From positions 31,141-95,140 of IMG/VR virus record IMGVR_UViG_3300049847_000416: 64,000 bases of DNA, one strand, 5' to 3'. The stretch is from a virus. Position 1 is the first letter of the stretch; each line of letters begins with the position of its first letter. A program made the position numbers and the translations under genes. Positions 1-9,260 of this stretch are shown one piece after another. The notes under the pieces are model-generated. The model was not told the DNA's origin and searched no databases. It worked only from the letters and a program-made list of their open reading frames with translations.

Positions 1-127
1 CTGCAATGTGAACGGCAGGAAGGGCGCTGGAACAATCCGCTTGTGCTTGCGGTTTACCGGACTGGGCCGGTTGTGCAGGGGCGCATTGAAAAACTCGTTG
101 ATCTGAGGCGGGAACGTTACAGGCACA
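1..127 (-). CDS. 5' part of a late gene running off the window (possibly head-tail connector)
   Basis: GTG at 127, open to the window edge (MPVTFPPQINEFF...); follows late-promoter motif at 132-139; position after head genes. Confidence 0.45.
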
Positions 128-146
128 ATAGTAATATCGCCAGCCT

Positions 147-184
147 AAAAAGCAGATGGCCCCGCTGCTCAAAAGCGGGGCCAT
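147..184 (-). terminator. intrinsic terminator after head genes
   Basis: ATGGCCCCGCT/AGCGGGGCCAT inverted repeat followed by CTGCTTTTT on minus strand. Confidence 0.75.
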
Positions 185-231
185 ACTGCCGGGAGGAGAA
201 CTGAACTTCCTCTAGAGTACCACAGGTCTGC

Positions 232-729
232 TTACGACACAACCGTGGTGGTCGGCTGCGGCATGTTGCGGGGCTTCGCGAACGCGTAGACCGAGTGCGT
301 GTAGTTCGGCGCACCGGCAGCGGTCAGGTTCAAGCGGACGTACCGCTTAACTCCTGCCCTGTAGGTGAAGAAGTGCAGCGCATTCGCCACGACGCCGGCG
401 TCGGCGACGAACGGACCTGAACCGTACAGATCGGTGCCCAACGGCATCGGAGTGACGGGCTGCGGATTGAAGGTCGAGCGATTCTTCGGCGTGACGTACT
501 GCTGGCTGTCCGCTAGCGGGGTCCAGGTGGCGTTGTCATCCGACTCTTCGATGGTGTAGGTGACCTTGTTAACCGCTGAGAGAGCAGTCACAGTCGGGAA
601 GTGGACCAAAAATTCCACCTTGTCCATCGTGTTAAGCAAATCGATGGAAGGAAGCGCGGCAGAAGCATTCACGGTAGCGTTAAACGCGACCAAGAAGGGC
701 TTCATGTTGTTGGTGAGATTGTTAACCAT
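232..729 (-). CDS. putative capsid decoration/cement protein
   Basis: directly downstream of major capsid; beta-rich with 'IEESDDNATWT' and 'KRYVRL' motifs typical of such proteins; AAGGA RBS. Confidence 0.6.
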   Translation of the reverse strand: MVNNLTNNMKPFLVAFNATVNASAALPSIDLLNTMDKVEFLVHFPTVTALSAVNKVTYTIEESDDNATWTPLADSQQYVTPKNRSTFNPQPVTPMPLGTDLYGSGPFVADAGVVANALHFFTYRAGVKRYVRLNLTAAGAPNYTHSVYAFAKPRNMPQPTTTVVS

Positions 730-756
730 GTCTTGTTTTCCTTTCTGGTCAGCCGA

Positions 757-2040
757 TTACGCGGAGATGACCAACTTGACCAGAGCTTCCGGCACCATGA
801 CAGCGCCGCCGACGCGCTTCCACGCGTAGATGACGGTGACAGCCTGATTCGCCCTGCTATAGGGGTCAACCATGAAACGAACGCTCAACTGGTCAACCAG
901 GAGATAACCCACCTTCAGGTTACCGAAGAGAACAGCGGCGTTGCCGTTGGCGACATTCGGCATCTGCTGGCTGCGCTTATACGGGAAACCCAGAACCATA
1001 TTCGGTTCTTTTCCCGTATAATCCATATTCCACAGGTACCTCCCTTCCCCGTCCTTGAGGGTCCGCAACCGACGTGCGGTATCACGAGAGAACATGAAGC
1101 TGGCACCGTTCAGGTACATGGACTTCGGAGTCTCCGTGATGGAGATAAACGCGTCTGCCGAGATGTTGCTCGCATCACCCGAGAGAACAATCGGGATATC
1201 GACGTTGTTGAGAATGCCTTCCGGCTTGTTCCCAACGTTCGCGCCGGTCAGGATCTCGATGTCTTCGGTCAGCGAGAAGGCCACGCCGATCTCGTTGCGG
1301 ATGTCGCCGAGAATATCGAACATCGGATTCTGCTGGTCTTCACGCGTGATCTCCGCCTTGGCCGACAATTCAGCGGTGCGGATGATCTTTGCACCGTACT
1401 GCACGGTAGGAGTCTCGGGACGAACGTCGAGTTCGCCAACCCAGGTCGCACCACCGTGACGCTGCCGGGTGGGACGGTGAGTCTCCACAGCCATCGTCGA
1501 GTACGTGCCGACAAGCGAACGCATGTCCGACAACTCAACCTGATTCAGGTTGATCAGATCGTTCACGAAATCCACCGGGGTGAAATAGCCACCCGAGGTA
1601 TCGTTCGCGTTGGTCAAAGCCTTGACAGCTTCGACGCCGAACTCCGCTTCGAGGACGGCTTGTCTCTCGACGATGTGCTCAGCCTTGTAGCCCTTTCGCA
1701 CGACGTGATCAAACGCCTTGATCACGGGATTGATGTGCTTTTGGTCGGAGGTATTAGCACGCCGGCCAAGCTTGGCCTCAAGCGCCTCCAGCTTCTCGCC
1801 GAACTCACGTCCGTACTTGTCGATCAGTTGCTCGTTGTTCGCTTTCAGCTTCTCGTCCAGCTTGTCAGTGGTAAGAACTTTGTCGAACTTCGACTCGTGG
1901 GCGTCGATCACTGCGTTCATCTTGGTGATCTTTTCCAACGTATCGGACGACGCGGCGCGATTGTTTTTCGTCGCTTCCTCGACCGAGGAGCGAAGCGCTG
2001 CTACGCCACTCGCGAGGTCGTCAATGGTCTTGCTATCCAT
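757..2040 (-). CDS. major capsid protein, HK97 family
   Basis: N-terminal coiled delta domain, 'SGGYFTP', 'GNKPEGIL', 'LKDGEGRYLW', 'LFGNL', 'RVGG'; AAGGAG RBS before ATG 2040. Confidence 0.95.
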   Translation of the reverse strand: MDSKTIDDLASGVAALRSSVEEATKNNRAASSDTLEKITKMNAVIDAHESKFDKVLTTDKLDEKLKANNEQLIDKYGREFGEKLEALEAKLGRRANTSDQKHINPVIKAFDHVVRKGYKAEHIVERQAVLEAEFGVEAVKALTNANDTSGGYFTPVDFVNDLINLNQVELSDMRSLVGTYSTMAVETHRPTRQRHGGATWVGELDVRPETPTVQYGAKIIRTAELSAKAEITREDQQNPMFDILGDIRNEIGVAFSLTEDIEILTGANVGNKPEGILNNVDIPIVLSGDASNISADAFISITETPKSMYLNGASFMFSRDTARRLRTLKDGEGRYLWNMDYTGKEPNMVLGFPYKRSQQMPNVANGNAAVLFGNLKVGYLLVDQLSVRFMVDPYSRANQAVTVIYAWKRVGGAVMVPEALVKLVISA

Positions 2041-2162
2041 GATTACTCCTTGAAAATTTTCGTGAGCACTTGATCTCTCTGTGGAAGTGGAGTAACCCGG
2101 CTTCGACAAGCGGCTTCAGCCCGGCTGAAGTGCGATCTGGCTCTACCAAATACTATCGAAGC

Positions 2163-3059
2163 TTACAGAACCGCGATATGCGCCATCACCAAATTGGCTT
2201 TGATCGCACTCAGTTTATCCCGCATTTGGGCGTCCGCGTCCAACCCGGTCGCCGGATTCTCCAGAGTCAGGCCGATTCCTTTCGCATGCGCGGCTAACAG
2301 ATCCACCAGCGTGGACTTGGCCACAGGGGTAGAAGCGTCTGTGATCAAAGCTGAGTGAATGGCTTTGAGCGCCGCCGGCACAACTACCGGTCGGTCATCC
2401 ACAATGTCCACAAACTGGTAGGCGGGGCCGTCGGTGTCGTCAAATACCAGGGAACCGAAACCTCGCATTGAGTCGTGCTTGTTTTGAACCCATTTCTGGT
2501 ATCGTGCAGTCGCCGCCACTGCGTCCCAGGGAGTGTCCCCCGGAGCAACCGGGAAGTACGACGTGTGATTGTTGAGGGATTTCACGGCGTCCATGCGGCA
2601 TTCCATGTTCGCTGGATCCATAACGACAGAAATTTCTTTGAGGCCACACTCGGTGATGTCGCGGCAGTCTGCGTCCGCGTTATATTGGTGCTTCACCAAC
2701 CAAATGCCCACAGAAAAGTCTTTGAGCATGTCAGCCTGACACAGCTTCCGAATTTCTTGGGCTGCTTCCGTGGGGGCAAATGCGGCAGTAATGTGGAGTC
2801 CATGATTGTCTTCGTGGCCCATTTCCACCATGCCAAGGACGGACTGGTGCAAAGCACCATACGTCTGATGATTGTTCACAAGGCGGACCCGCTTTGTTGC
2901 CACCCGCTCTTGCAGGGTTTTTGTATATGCGCCCTTGGCGATCCGGTCGCCCGTGAGGTCAATACTCCAAGTAGAAGCGTAACCAGAGATGTACCCATGC
3001 GGGTACTGATCACTGGCCTTTACCTCAAACGCACCGCTTAGAACCTTTTCTTGTTTCAA
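2163..3059 (-). CDS. HK97-family prohead protease
   Basis: 'ISGYASTW..DL.GDRI..GA', 'NH', 'FSVG', 'LKEISVV.DPAN' motifs; upstream of capsid. Confidence 0.92.
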   Translation of the reverse strand: MKQEKVLSGAFEVKASDQYPHGYISGYASTWSIDLTGDRIAKGAYTKTLQERVATKRVRLVNNHQTYGALHQSVLGMVEMGHEDNHGLHITAAFAPTEAAQEIRKLCQADMLKDFSVGIWLVKHQYNADADCRDITECGLKEISVVMDPANMECRMDAVKSLNNHTSYFPVAPGDTPWDAVAATARYQKWVQNKHDSMRGFGSLVFDDTDGPAYQFVDIVDDRPVVVPAALKAIHSALITDASTPVAKSTLVDLLAAHAKGIGLTLENPATGLDADAQMRDKLSAIKANLVMAHIAVL

Positions 3060-3084
3060 ATCTTTCCTCTTCTATAGAATCGTC

Positions 3085-3927
3085 TCAAAGTACTGGGACG
3101 ATCAAGGTCATTGAACACCGGCAGTTGACCAGTTCCTCATACGGCAAGGCCGGATCTCCCGGATACTGGCACTCGTATCCACCCACCATGAATGGCTGAT
3201 CAAATGGAATCCGTTTTTGAGTCACCCCTGCGGTCTCGTGGGTGGGGCGCACCCGGTCGTCTTCTGTAGCTTTCCAGGTCTTGAGAAGCCCGTTTTGCCG
3301 ATAGGACAGGGCTGCAATCTCGTACTGTCCTGCCATGCCCGCCGAGTGAATCTGCGTGCGCACCATTTGCAGTGCGCGAGCACTGCTGAATCCGAAAAAC
3401 TGTTGGATCTTGAGAACAATCTGCTCTACAGTGAGCTTGGCGATGATGGCAGCCGTGATCATCCGTTTCAATTGCAACTGGAGAGACAGCGCTACGCTAG
3501 ACACAATCTCGGAGGCCTTCGCCCGGAAGCGATTGGCAAACCCGGTAATACTCCAGGGTTCTTGAGTCGCGGCCTTGCTGTTGTATTGGGTGAACAGCGC
3601 TACGAGGGGGCCGACCTCCGTGGACGCATCCCGGAATAGCCGAACCAAGAGAGGTTCCAAGTGTAGCCTCAGGTGGGTGACTATGACGTGATAAAGATTG
3701 TCAGGATTCTTTCTGGTCCGGTAGGCGGTGGCGGTAGCCCGAGCCAGGTCAGCATACACCCGAATGAAAGCCCGGCCATACTTCCGCTCTATCTGTGCAT
3801 TGGTCCGCTGGAGATACAACCAACTTTGCGCAAAGCTGAGTTGGCCTTTAGTGACAAGAGAGCGAGGGAAGTACTCTCGCACGAGGGCAGAGGCGTACGG
3901 TCCGCTTTTAGGAGTGGTCAGGCACAT
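3085..3927 (-). CDS. phage head morphogenesis protein (Mu gpF/SPP1 gp7-like)
   Basis: C-terminal 'KTWKATEDDRVRPTH...YPGDP...NCRC'; start uncertain (3927 or 3975). Confidence 0.88.
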   Translation of the reverse strand: MCLTTPKSGPYASALVREYFPRSLVTKGQLSFAQSWLYLQRTNAQIERKYGRAFIRVYADLARATATAYRTRKNPDNLYHVIVTHLRLHLEPLLVRLFRDASTEVGPLVALFTQYNSKAATQEPWSITGFANRFRAKASEIVSSVALSLQLQLKRMITAAIIAKLTVEQIVLKIQQFFGFSSARALQMVRTQIHSAGMAGQYEIAALSYRQNGLLKTWKATEDDRVRPTHETAGVTQKRIPFDQPFMVGGYECQYPGDPALPYEELVNCRCSMTLIVPVL

Positions 3928-4002
3928 TGTCTTCGCAGCCCATTGGGCACGTGGCACTCCACACGGGAGTGCCACAGAATGGGCAGTGCTTGTGCGGGGG
4001 TT

Positions 4003-4659
4003 TCACCCGCACAGCCAATCTTGGTCTACGAGAACACCAGTGTCCCACTTCCAAGACACAAAATTGTGGTGCGCCACAATTCCTTTGTGGCTGCACGCCA
4101 GGGCGGGACACACGTCTAATCGCTGAGCTTTGGGAAGCGGGACGAGCGGGATATTCCAGCGCTTCGCGAGCATCTGCACCAACTCTTTGAGGGCTTGTTG
4201 CTGCGGTGGGGTGATTGCAGCCCAGAAGTCAAATCCCCGCCATGCCTTCGCCACATACTTCGTGGGTTCGTCCAGCGAACAATAGACTTTCCCGTACGTG
4301 TCCAGGAGTTGCTTGCCCTTCAGCTTCAGCGGTCCTTCACACACGACTTCAATTCCTATGGACCGTGTGTTAACGGATGTGGGACATACGTCCGTTCCGC
4401 CAATGTGCCAAGCCCACCCCTTGGCTGGATCAAAACATTGGTAGACCACGGACACACCTTTGACAGGTTTGTCTACCAAATAGGGGGTGGCGACTCTCAC
4501 TTCGTGCCCGTCTTGCTTGTCTGCGACCCAGCCAGCGTATGCGCCGGCTGCTGTGTACCCAGCGGTGTAGTGCAACAAGATACGGTCATAGGTGGGAGTC
4601 CCTACGTGCGCCACCCATTGATTGGGTGCCAGAGAAAATTTCTGAGTGTCCAAAATCAC
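4003..4659 (-). CDS. N-acetylmuramoyl-L-alanine amidase (Amidase_2), endolysin candidate
   Basis: 'ILLHYTAG', 'WAWHIG', 'NTRSIGIE', 'IVAH..K.D' zinc-amidase motifs. Confidence 0.88.
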   Translation of the reverse strand: MILDTQKFSLAPNQWVAHVGTPTYDRILLHYTAGYTAAGAYAGWVADKQDGHEVRVATPYLVDKPVKGVSVVYQCFDPAKGWAWHIGGTDVCPTSVNTRSIGIEVVCEGPLKLKGKQLLDTYGKVYCSLDEPTKYVAKAWRGFDFWAAITPPQQQALKELVQMLAKRWNIPLVPLPKAQRLDVCPALACSHKGIVAHHNFVSWKWDTGVLVDQDWLCG

Positions 4660-6023
4660 GTTTTCGAGCCCTCTACCAGGTCTTCAGCTTGGGGGTTGTC
4701 CCGGCTGTCTGCGGTGCTGTCGGGCTGATTGTTCGGATCCTCGCCACCCAGCACATCCAGTTCAGGTCCATCAATCGGCTGGACATTACCCATCCACGCC
4801 ACGTCTCCCCAGGGAACGGGGTCGAAGCCCAGACCAAGCCGCTCATTCACGGCATTGATTGGCCAACCAGTGCTCACCAAGACCTTGGCCGTGTTGGCTT
4901 TGTCCATGAGCGCTTTGCGCATGGCCGTGTTCTTGGTGAGATCATACCGAATCTCGATGTCGTCACCCCAGTGTGGGGTGAGTGAGTTATTGAAACTCGC
5001 CGCGATCCAGTCCAGCATCGGCACCAGCCGGTCTTCCAGGAAGCTCAAACGCGCGGTCTGGGCATTGGAATAGTTGGGATCAGGAGTTGCGCCGACCAAG
5101 ATGGCAGGCACTTGACAGATGGCGCAAAGTTCGTGCTTGGCGATCTCTCGGCCCTGCGTGAATTGCAGATCCGTGTGAGTCATCATCGTCTGCTGCCACT
5201 TCAGACCGCCCGTCAAGAGCATGGGGCTGTACAGATTCGCACCCGAGTACTGCTCTCGGACCGATTCTTTCAGGTCCTCTCGCTGTTCGGGGGTGACAAA
5301 CGAATCGGTGTAGAGCACACCGCTAGGCTGGGCGAAATTTTCCAGGAGGGCGGTATTCCAGGTGTGGGCGGCGTCTTCGTTCTGGATAGCTCGCACTGCC
5401 GCCGAGATGGGAGACAGGGACGTATATGGATTCAGGGGATCAGCATACCGCATGTACGAGACTTCCTGCGGCGGGAAAGTGACATCAGGAGCCGAGCTAG
5501 ACTCCATCCCCGATACCAACCGAAATCCCTTGATGAATTGGAGGGGATCGGTCACGACCTCCACCCAGTCAGGCCGCATGGGCCACAATTCTTTGACTTT
5601 GGTCCCACTGCGGGTGGTCTTTTTCTGGTCAGTAACCAGCACCTTCTGTGTGTACGACGCACCAGCCAAAAATAACGAATACAACATCACAGAGAACAGG
5701 TCCCGCTTAGTCATGTGCGGGTTCGGTTTCTGGATCAAGAGTTCCAGTTCGTGATCTCGGATAACCGTGTTCGTGCCCTTGTGGTGCACTTTCCAGTCAG
5801 GAGACACTAGCGACGTAGCCCAGTACTCCAGGCACGCACGAATCCACACAATCTGCTTCACGCCGTGCTGGATGCTCTGTTGAAACGACAGAGGCGCACC
5901 CTGATTGGTGCGGATGCCAAATCCGCTACCAAACCCAGATGTACTACCGTACAACTGGTTCAGGCTGGCGAGCCACAGGTTCGCCTTACTCCGTCTGGGT
6001 TTCAGAAGACTGGTGAGATTCAT
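4656..6023 (-). CDS. portal protein, HK97 family
   Basis: 'PNPHMT', 'LWPMRPDWV', 'SPISAA', 'N.AQPSGVL', 'NYSNA'; next to TerL. Confidence 0.93.
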   Translation of the reverse strand: MNLTSLLKPRRSKANLWLASLNQLYGSTSGFGSGFGIRTNQGAPLSFQQSIQHGVKQIVWIRACLEYWATSLVSPDWKVHHKGTNTVIRDHELELLIQKPNPHMTKRDLFSVMLYSLFLAGASYTQKVLVTDQKKTTRSGTKVKELWPMRPDWVEVVTDPLQFIKGFRLVSGMESSSAPDVTFPPQEVSYMRYADPLNPYTSLSPISAAVRAIQNEDAAHTWNTALLENFAQPSGVLYTDSFVTPEQREDLKESVREQYSGANLYSPMLLTGGLKWQQTMMTHTDLQFTQGREIAKHELCAICQVPAILVGATPDPNYSNAQTARLSFLEDRLVPMLDWIAASFNNSLTPHWGDDIEIRYDLTKNTAMRKALMDKANTAKVLVSTGWPINAVNERLGLGFDPVPWGDVAWMGNVQPIDGPELDVLGGEDPNNQPDSTADSRDNPQAEDLVEGSKT

Positions 6024-6043
6024 TGGTTCACTGTTTAAGATCG

Positions 6044-6613
6044 CTACTTTTTCATCCGGCTGCGTAGGATCATAAGCGCACGGGTATGGGCTTCAGCCGC
6101 TTCCGCTTTCGTGATCCCCAATTTTTGGGCGATCTGGCCCATGGGACTATCCTGGAAGTACTTGTGATAGATGACCGCGCGTTGAAGGGCAGTCAAGTGG
6201 GGCAGGGCATCCCGCAGTTGCTTCTTCAGGACCTGCATGTCGTGTGCTTCTTCCACAGCCGGGATACCGCCAAGCGTGGGGTCTGCCCGCTGCTGGTGAG
6301 GCGCGCCCCAGGGTTCGGTCCGCTTCATGTAGTTCATCTCAACGCGCATCAAGTCGAGATACGCCCCTTTGATGTGGGGGATCAGGAAAGAGGATAACGC
6401 GGAAGACTGGTCGTACCGATTGTGCGCTCGCATCACGCGAACTACCGCCGCACTCAGAAAGTCTTCGAATGTTGACGTGCCCGGATCCGCCGCCTTGAAG
6501 CTCTTGCAAGATCGCATGACGTACTGAACGATCATGGGGTAGACCTCGCGGGGCTGGCCGTCTTTGCCTTTAAGTTCGAGACTGAGGCGTGGGAACTGTT
6601 TGTGAGTTCTCAT
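6044..6613 (-). CDS. phage-encoded sigma-70 family factor (regions 2+4, FliA/ECF-like)
   Basis: 'EDFLSAA...RYD.SSALSSFL..HIKGAYLDLMR' (region 2); 'LPHLTALQRAVI..KYF...MGQIAQKLGIT' (region 4 HTH); AAGGA RBS before 6613. Confidence 0.88.
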   Translation of the reverse strand: MRTHKQFPRLSLELKGKDGQPREVYPMIVQYVMRSCKSFKAADPGTSTFEDFLSAAVVRVMRAHNRYDQSSALSSFLIPHIKGAYLDLMRVEMNYMKRTEPWGAPHQQRADPTLGGIPAVEEAHDMQVLKKQLRDALPHLTALQRAVIYHKYFQDSPMGQIAQKLGITKAEAAEAHTRALMILRSRMKK

Positions 6614-6624
6614 GTATTCCTTTG

Positions 6625-9069
6625 TTACGGATTCACACGGGAAATTCCCGGTGTGGACATCAAAAATTCGGTGCACATGGTGTTGAACGCGCCAGCGGTA
6701 GCGTCCCCGATATCATCGTGCAGATCGTTGTCGCCGGTCAGCCCGCAGATTTCCTGGAGCCAGTCTGTGGCCCAGACGCTATTGACCAACCAAACGTTTT
6801 GGTTCTGGGCTTGAGCCGCGAAGGGACTCCACCGGGCGCGTTTCGGTCCGCCTGGTGCTACGCCCATGATGTTATATCCCGGCAAGGACCGGACGAAGTG
6901 GGACACCAAAGACTTACCGGACGCGCCAGGTTCCCGCTCAATGCGCTGAAACACGTTAACACCATCGGACTTCATCGTGCCAATCACCCGCTGTTCAACA
7001 ATGGCGGGGTTCGACCGGAACCGCTGCATGTCTTCCACGACGATCCTGCCGATGGAATCACGCGCCATGAGAATGCCCACGGTGTAATCAGGATCCGTGT
7101 TGGGCTTGGGATCGGTCGCCGCCAAATCCCAAAACCGCAAGCGCAGGCACTTTCCGGCAACGGGCACCGGCTGCATCAGGAACCACTCGCGCTGGAACAC
7201 CGCATCAGTACGGGTGGCCATCCAATCGCCATACCGGCGTTGCCGGTAAGTGAGAGGATCCAGGTTCTTCAGCGACTTCTCATATTGCACTAAGTCAATT
7301 GCGGGGTTGTCCTCGATATAGAACGGAATGTACGCAATGTCAGGGTCTTTTCCCTGGTTCAAAACGTATTTGTCCCGCAGGAAGATGTGCGAGATGCCAC
7401 CCGGATTACTGACGAGTCTATAGCGCAACGGGATCGGATCCGTGATGACTTTGCGCAATCGCAGGAAGATGAACTCTAGCTGAGTCTGAGAAAACTGCCC
7501 GGCTTCGTCAATGCCGATGAAGTGGAATTCGGGACCGTCGTACTGGAACTTGTCTTGTTCCGTATTCATGTGACCGAACTTTAACACGGCCCCAGCCGGA
7601 AAGCGCACCTCATGGGTATCGCTGTTGAAGTGGAATGGGACGCCTGCCGCCTGCATCCTCCGCAAGGTGCGGTCCATAATCGAATTGGGAGACGCCAACT
7701 GACCAAGAGTTCGGCGCAGGATGAGCGCCCGGTAATTGGGCCGCGTCACATACTGCAACGCCGCCCGGATCAGGACTTCTGAATTGTGAGTCAGGATGTA
7801 GTGCTTCGTGCAGAACAAGTGGTCTTCGGCTTCCACCGCAATGCACGTACACTCTTCGGGCGCAACTGGCTCCACCGTGCGCACACTGCGCTTGGGCGCT
7901 ACCATGCCCTTCTTTTTGGTGTAGTCAGGTTGATATAGTGCAACCTTGCGCGGAAGCCGGAACGGCTGGACCCACGATGGGAGCCTCAAGCTGATCGGGT
8001 ACTCTATGCCCTTACCCGCCGCTGTGCGGTCGGCTGTGCTGATGACGGCTCTACCGCCCAGTCCTTCCACAAGCTCCCGGAAATTTTCTGCCAACTTATG
8101 GGAGGTAGTGTCAAACCGGATTTGGTGCGTGTTCTTCTTTCGGAACGCCATCCCGTCCGAGTCCATTAACCCCTGGAGAACGGCGATTCGGTAGGCGGGG
8201 GACGCACGGAGTGCGACTTCTGGGATAAACCGCTCGCCGGAGTATAGGCCGAGCAGACCGAGCTTATCCAGCGCATCGCGCTTACTGGCTCCGTAAGTTA
8301 CGTGGAAAGAGTGCGTCCCTTGAGCCAAATACGTGCGGTCAGGAGATCCCAAGTGCACAAGGATGTCAGGTGCGTCCCGGTCGTCCATCGCGATGCTAAC
8401 TTGCCGCCCAGCTAAAGAAGTAAGCTCACCATTACCGATGGCGTATCCTAGGAAGTACCCGTCTAGCTCAGGATCTGGTCCACAATCAAACTCCACTGGA
8501 CCGCTTAGCATCGGGATCGTGTCAGCCTTGCGGGCGCTGAGGCCCCGCAGTTCATCCGTGCGTACCACTCGTGTCTGAAGAGGCTTCCGCCCCGTTACTT
8601 CCCGAGACACCGTCCACAAATGATCGTCGGCGGCAGTCACCGAACTGCCGTCAGAGAATGTAACACGGCTGCAAGGCCGAATACCCTGCGGATACACTCC
8701 GATGACCTTGGTGGGTTTGCCGTTGGAGCCGATGACGTAGTCACCTTCCCGGATGTTTCCGAAGCGTCGGTAACCCTGTGGAGTCGGTATAAGTTGTTGA
8801 TTACAAAGGGCTTTGCCGTTACCACTTGCACCTCCGGCCATTGCTTGGTAGTGTGGCAACATGCAGAATGCCTTCTGCTTCGGGAACATAGGAAACACTT
8901 TCGTGTAGATGTTCTCCGTCTGCAAGTACTCTGCTTGGAACTTGCGCACGTCCACCATCCCCGCTCTCACTTTTTCCAGATTGGCTTGAAAAACAGAGAG
9001 GGGGAGCCCAGCCTTCCGGGCCATGTCTGCGTAGTCTATCGTGGGCAACTTAGTACTATCGTACCACAC
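6625..9069 (-). CDS. terL: terminase large subunit, intein-containing (start may be ATG 9024)
   Basis: Walker A GGASGNGK|S split by intein, Walker B 'IGIDEA', 'SNPGG', nuclease 'WDLA...DYT', 'HDD'. Confidence 0.95.
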   Translation of the reverse strand: MWYDSTKLPTIDYADMARKAGLPLSVFQANLEKVRAGMVDVRKFQAEYLQTENIYTKVFPMFPKQKAFCMLPHYQAMAGGASGNGKALCNQQLIPTPQGYRRFGNIREGDYVIGSNGKPTKVIGVYPQGIRPCSRVTFSDGSSVTAADDHLWTVSREVTGRKPLQTRVVRTDELRGLSARKADTIPMLSGPVEFDCGPDPELDGYFLGYAIGNGELTSLAGRQVSIAMDDRDAPDILVHLGSPDRTYLAQGTHSFHVTYGASKRDALDKLGLLGLYSGERFIPEVALRASPAYRIAVLQGLMDSDGMAFRKKNTHQIRFDTTSHKLAENFRELVEGLGGRAVISTADRTAAGKGIEYPISLRLPSWVQPFRLPRKVALYQPDYTKKKGMVAPKRSVRTVEPVAPEECTCIAVEAEDHLFCTKHYILTHNSEVLIRAALQYVTRPNYRALILRRTLGQLASPNSIMDRTLRRMQAAGVPFHFNSDTHEVRFPAGAVLKFGHMNTEQDKFQYDGPEFHFIGIDEAGQFSQTQLEFIFLRLRKVITDPIPLRYRLVSNPGGISHIFLRDKYVLNQGKDPDIAYIPFYIEDNPAIDLVQYEKSLKNLDPLTYRQRRYGDWMATRTDAVFQREWFLMQPVPVAGKCLRLRFWDLAATDPKPNTDPDYTVGILMARDSIGRIVVEDMQRFRSNPAIVEQRVIGTMKSDGVNVFQRIEREPGASGKSLVSHFVRSLPGYNIMGVAPGGPKRARWSPFAAQAQNQNVWLVNSVWATDWLQEICGLTGDNDLHDDIGDATAGAFNTMCTEFLMSTPGISRVNP
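7783..8811 (-). mobile_element. intein (343 aa) with LAGLIDADG endonuclease in TerL Walker A
   Basis: starts ALCNQQLIPTPQG, block B 'ADDHLW', 'FLGYAIGNG' and 'LQGLMDSDG', ends 'ILTHN|S'. Confidence 0.92.
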
Positions 9070-9136
9070 TTAGAGGACAGTGTGGGAAAGCACGAAAGCA
9101 CCCTGGGTTACAGAGTGCTTTTAGGGATGGGGTGGA

Positions 9137-9259
9137 CTACTTGTTCTTCCAGGCGGATTTACAGTCCGCCCACCAATACCGGACTTCCCGGATAGCGCCG
9201 GGAAGACCAGGTAACAAACCGACGAGGAACGCGATCAGGCCGGCGATGACGATTTCCAT
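9137..9259 (-). CDS. small membrane protein (40 aa)
   Basis: MEIVIAGLIAFLVGLLPG..., abuts thyX stop; below ORF-track cutoff. Confidence 0.5.
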   Translation of the reverse strand: MEIVIAGLIAFLVGLLPGLPGAIREVRYWWADCKSAWKNK

Positions 9260-9260
9260 G

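Noticed and set aside
601-2073. 490-aa plus-strand ORF and similar long antisense ORFs
   Set aside because: Shadow frames of real minus-strand genes in GC-rich DNA; no motifs or RBS
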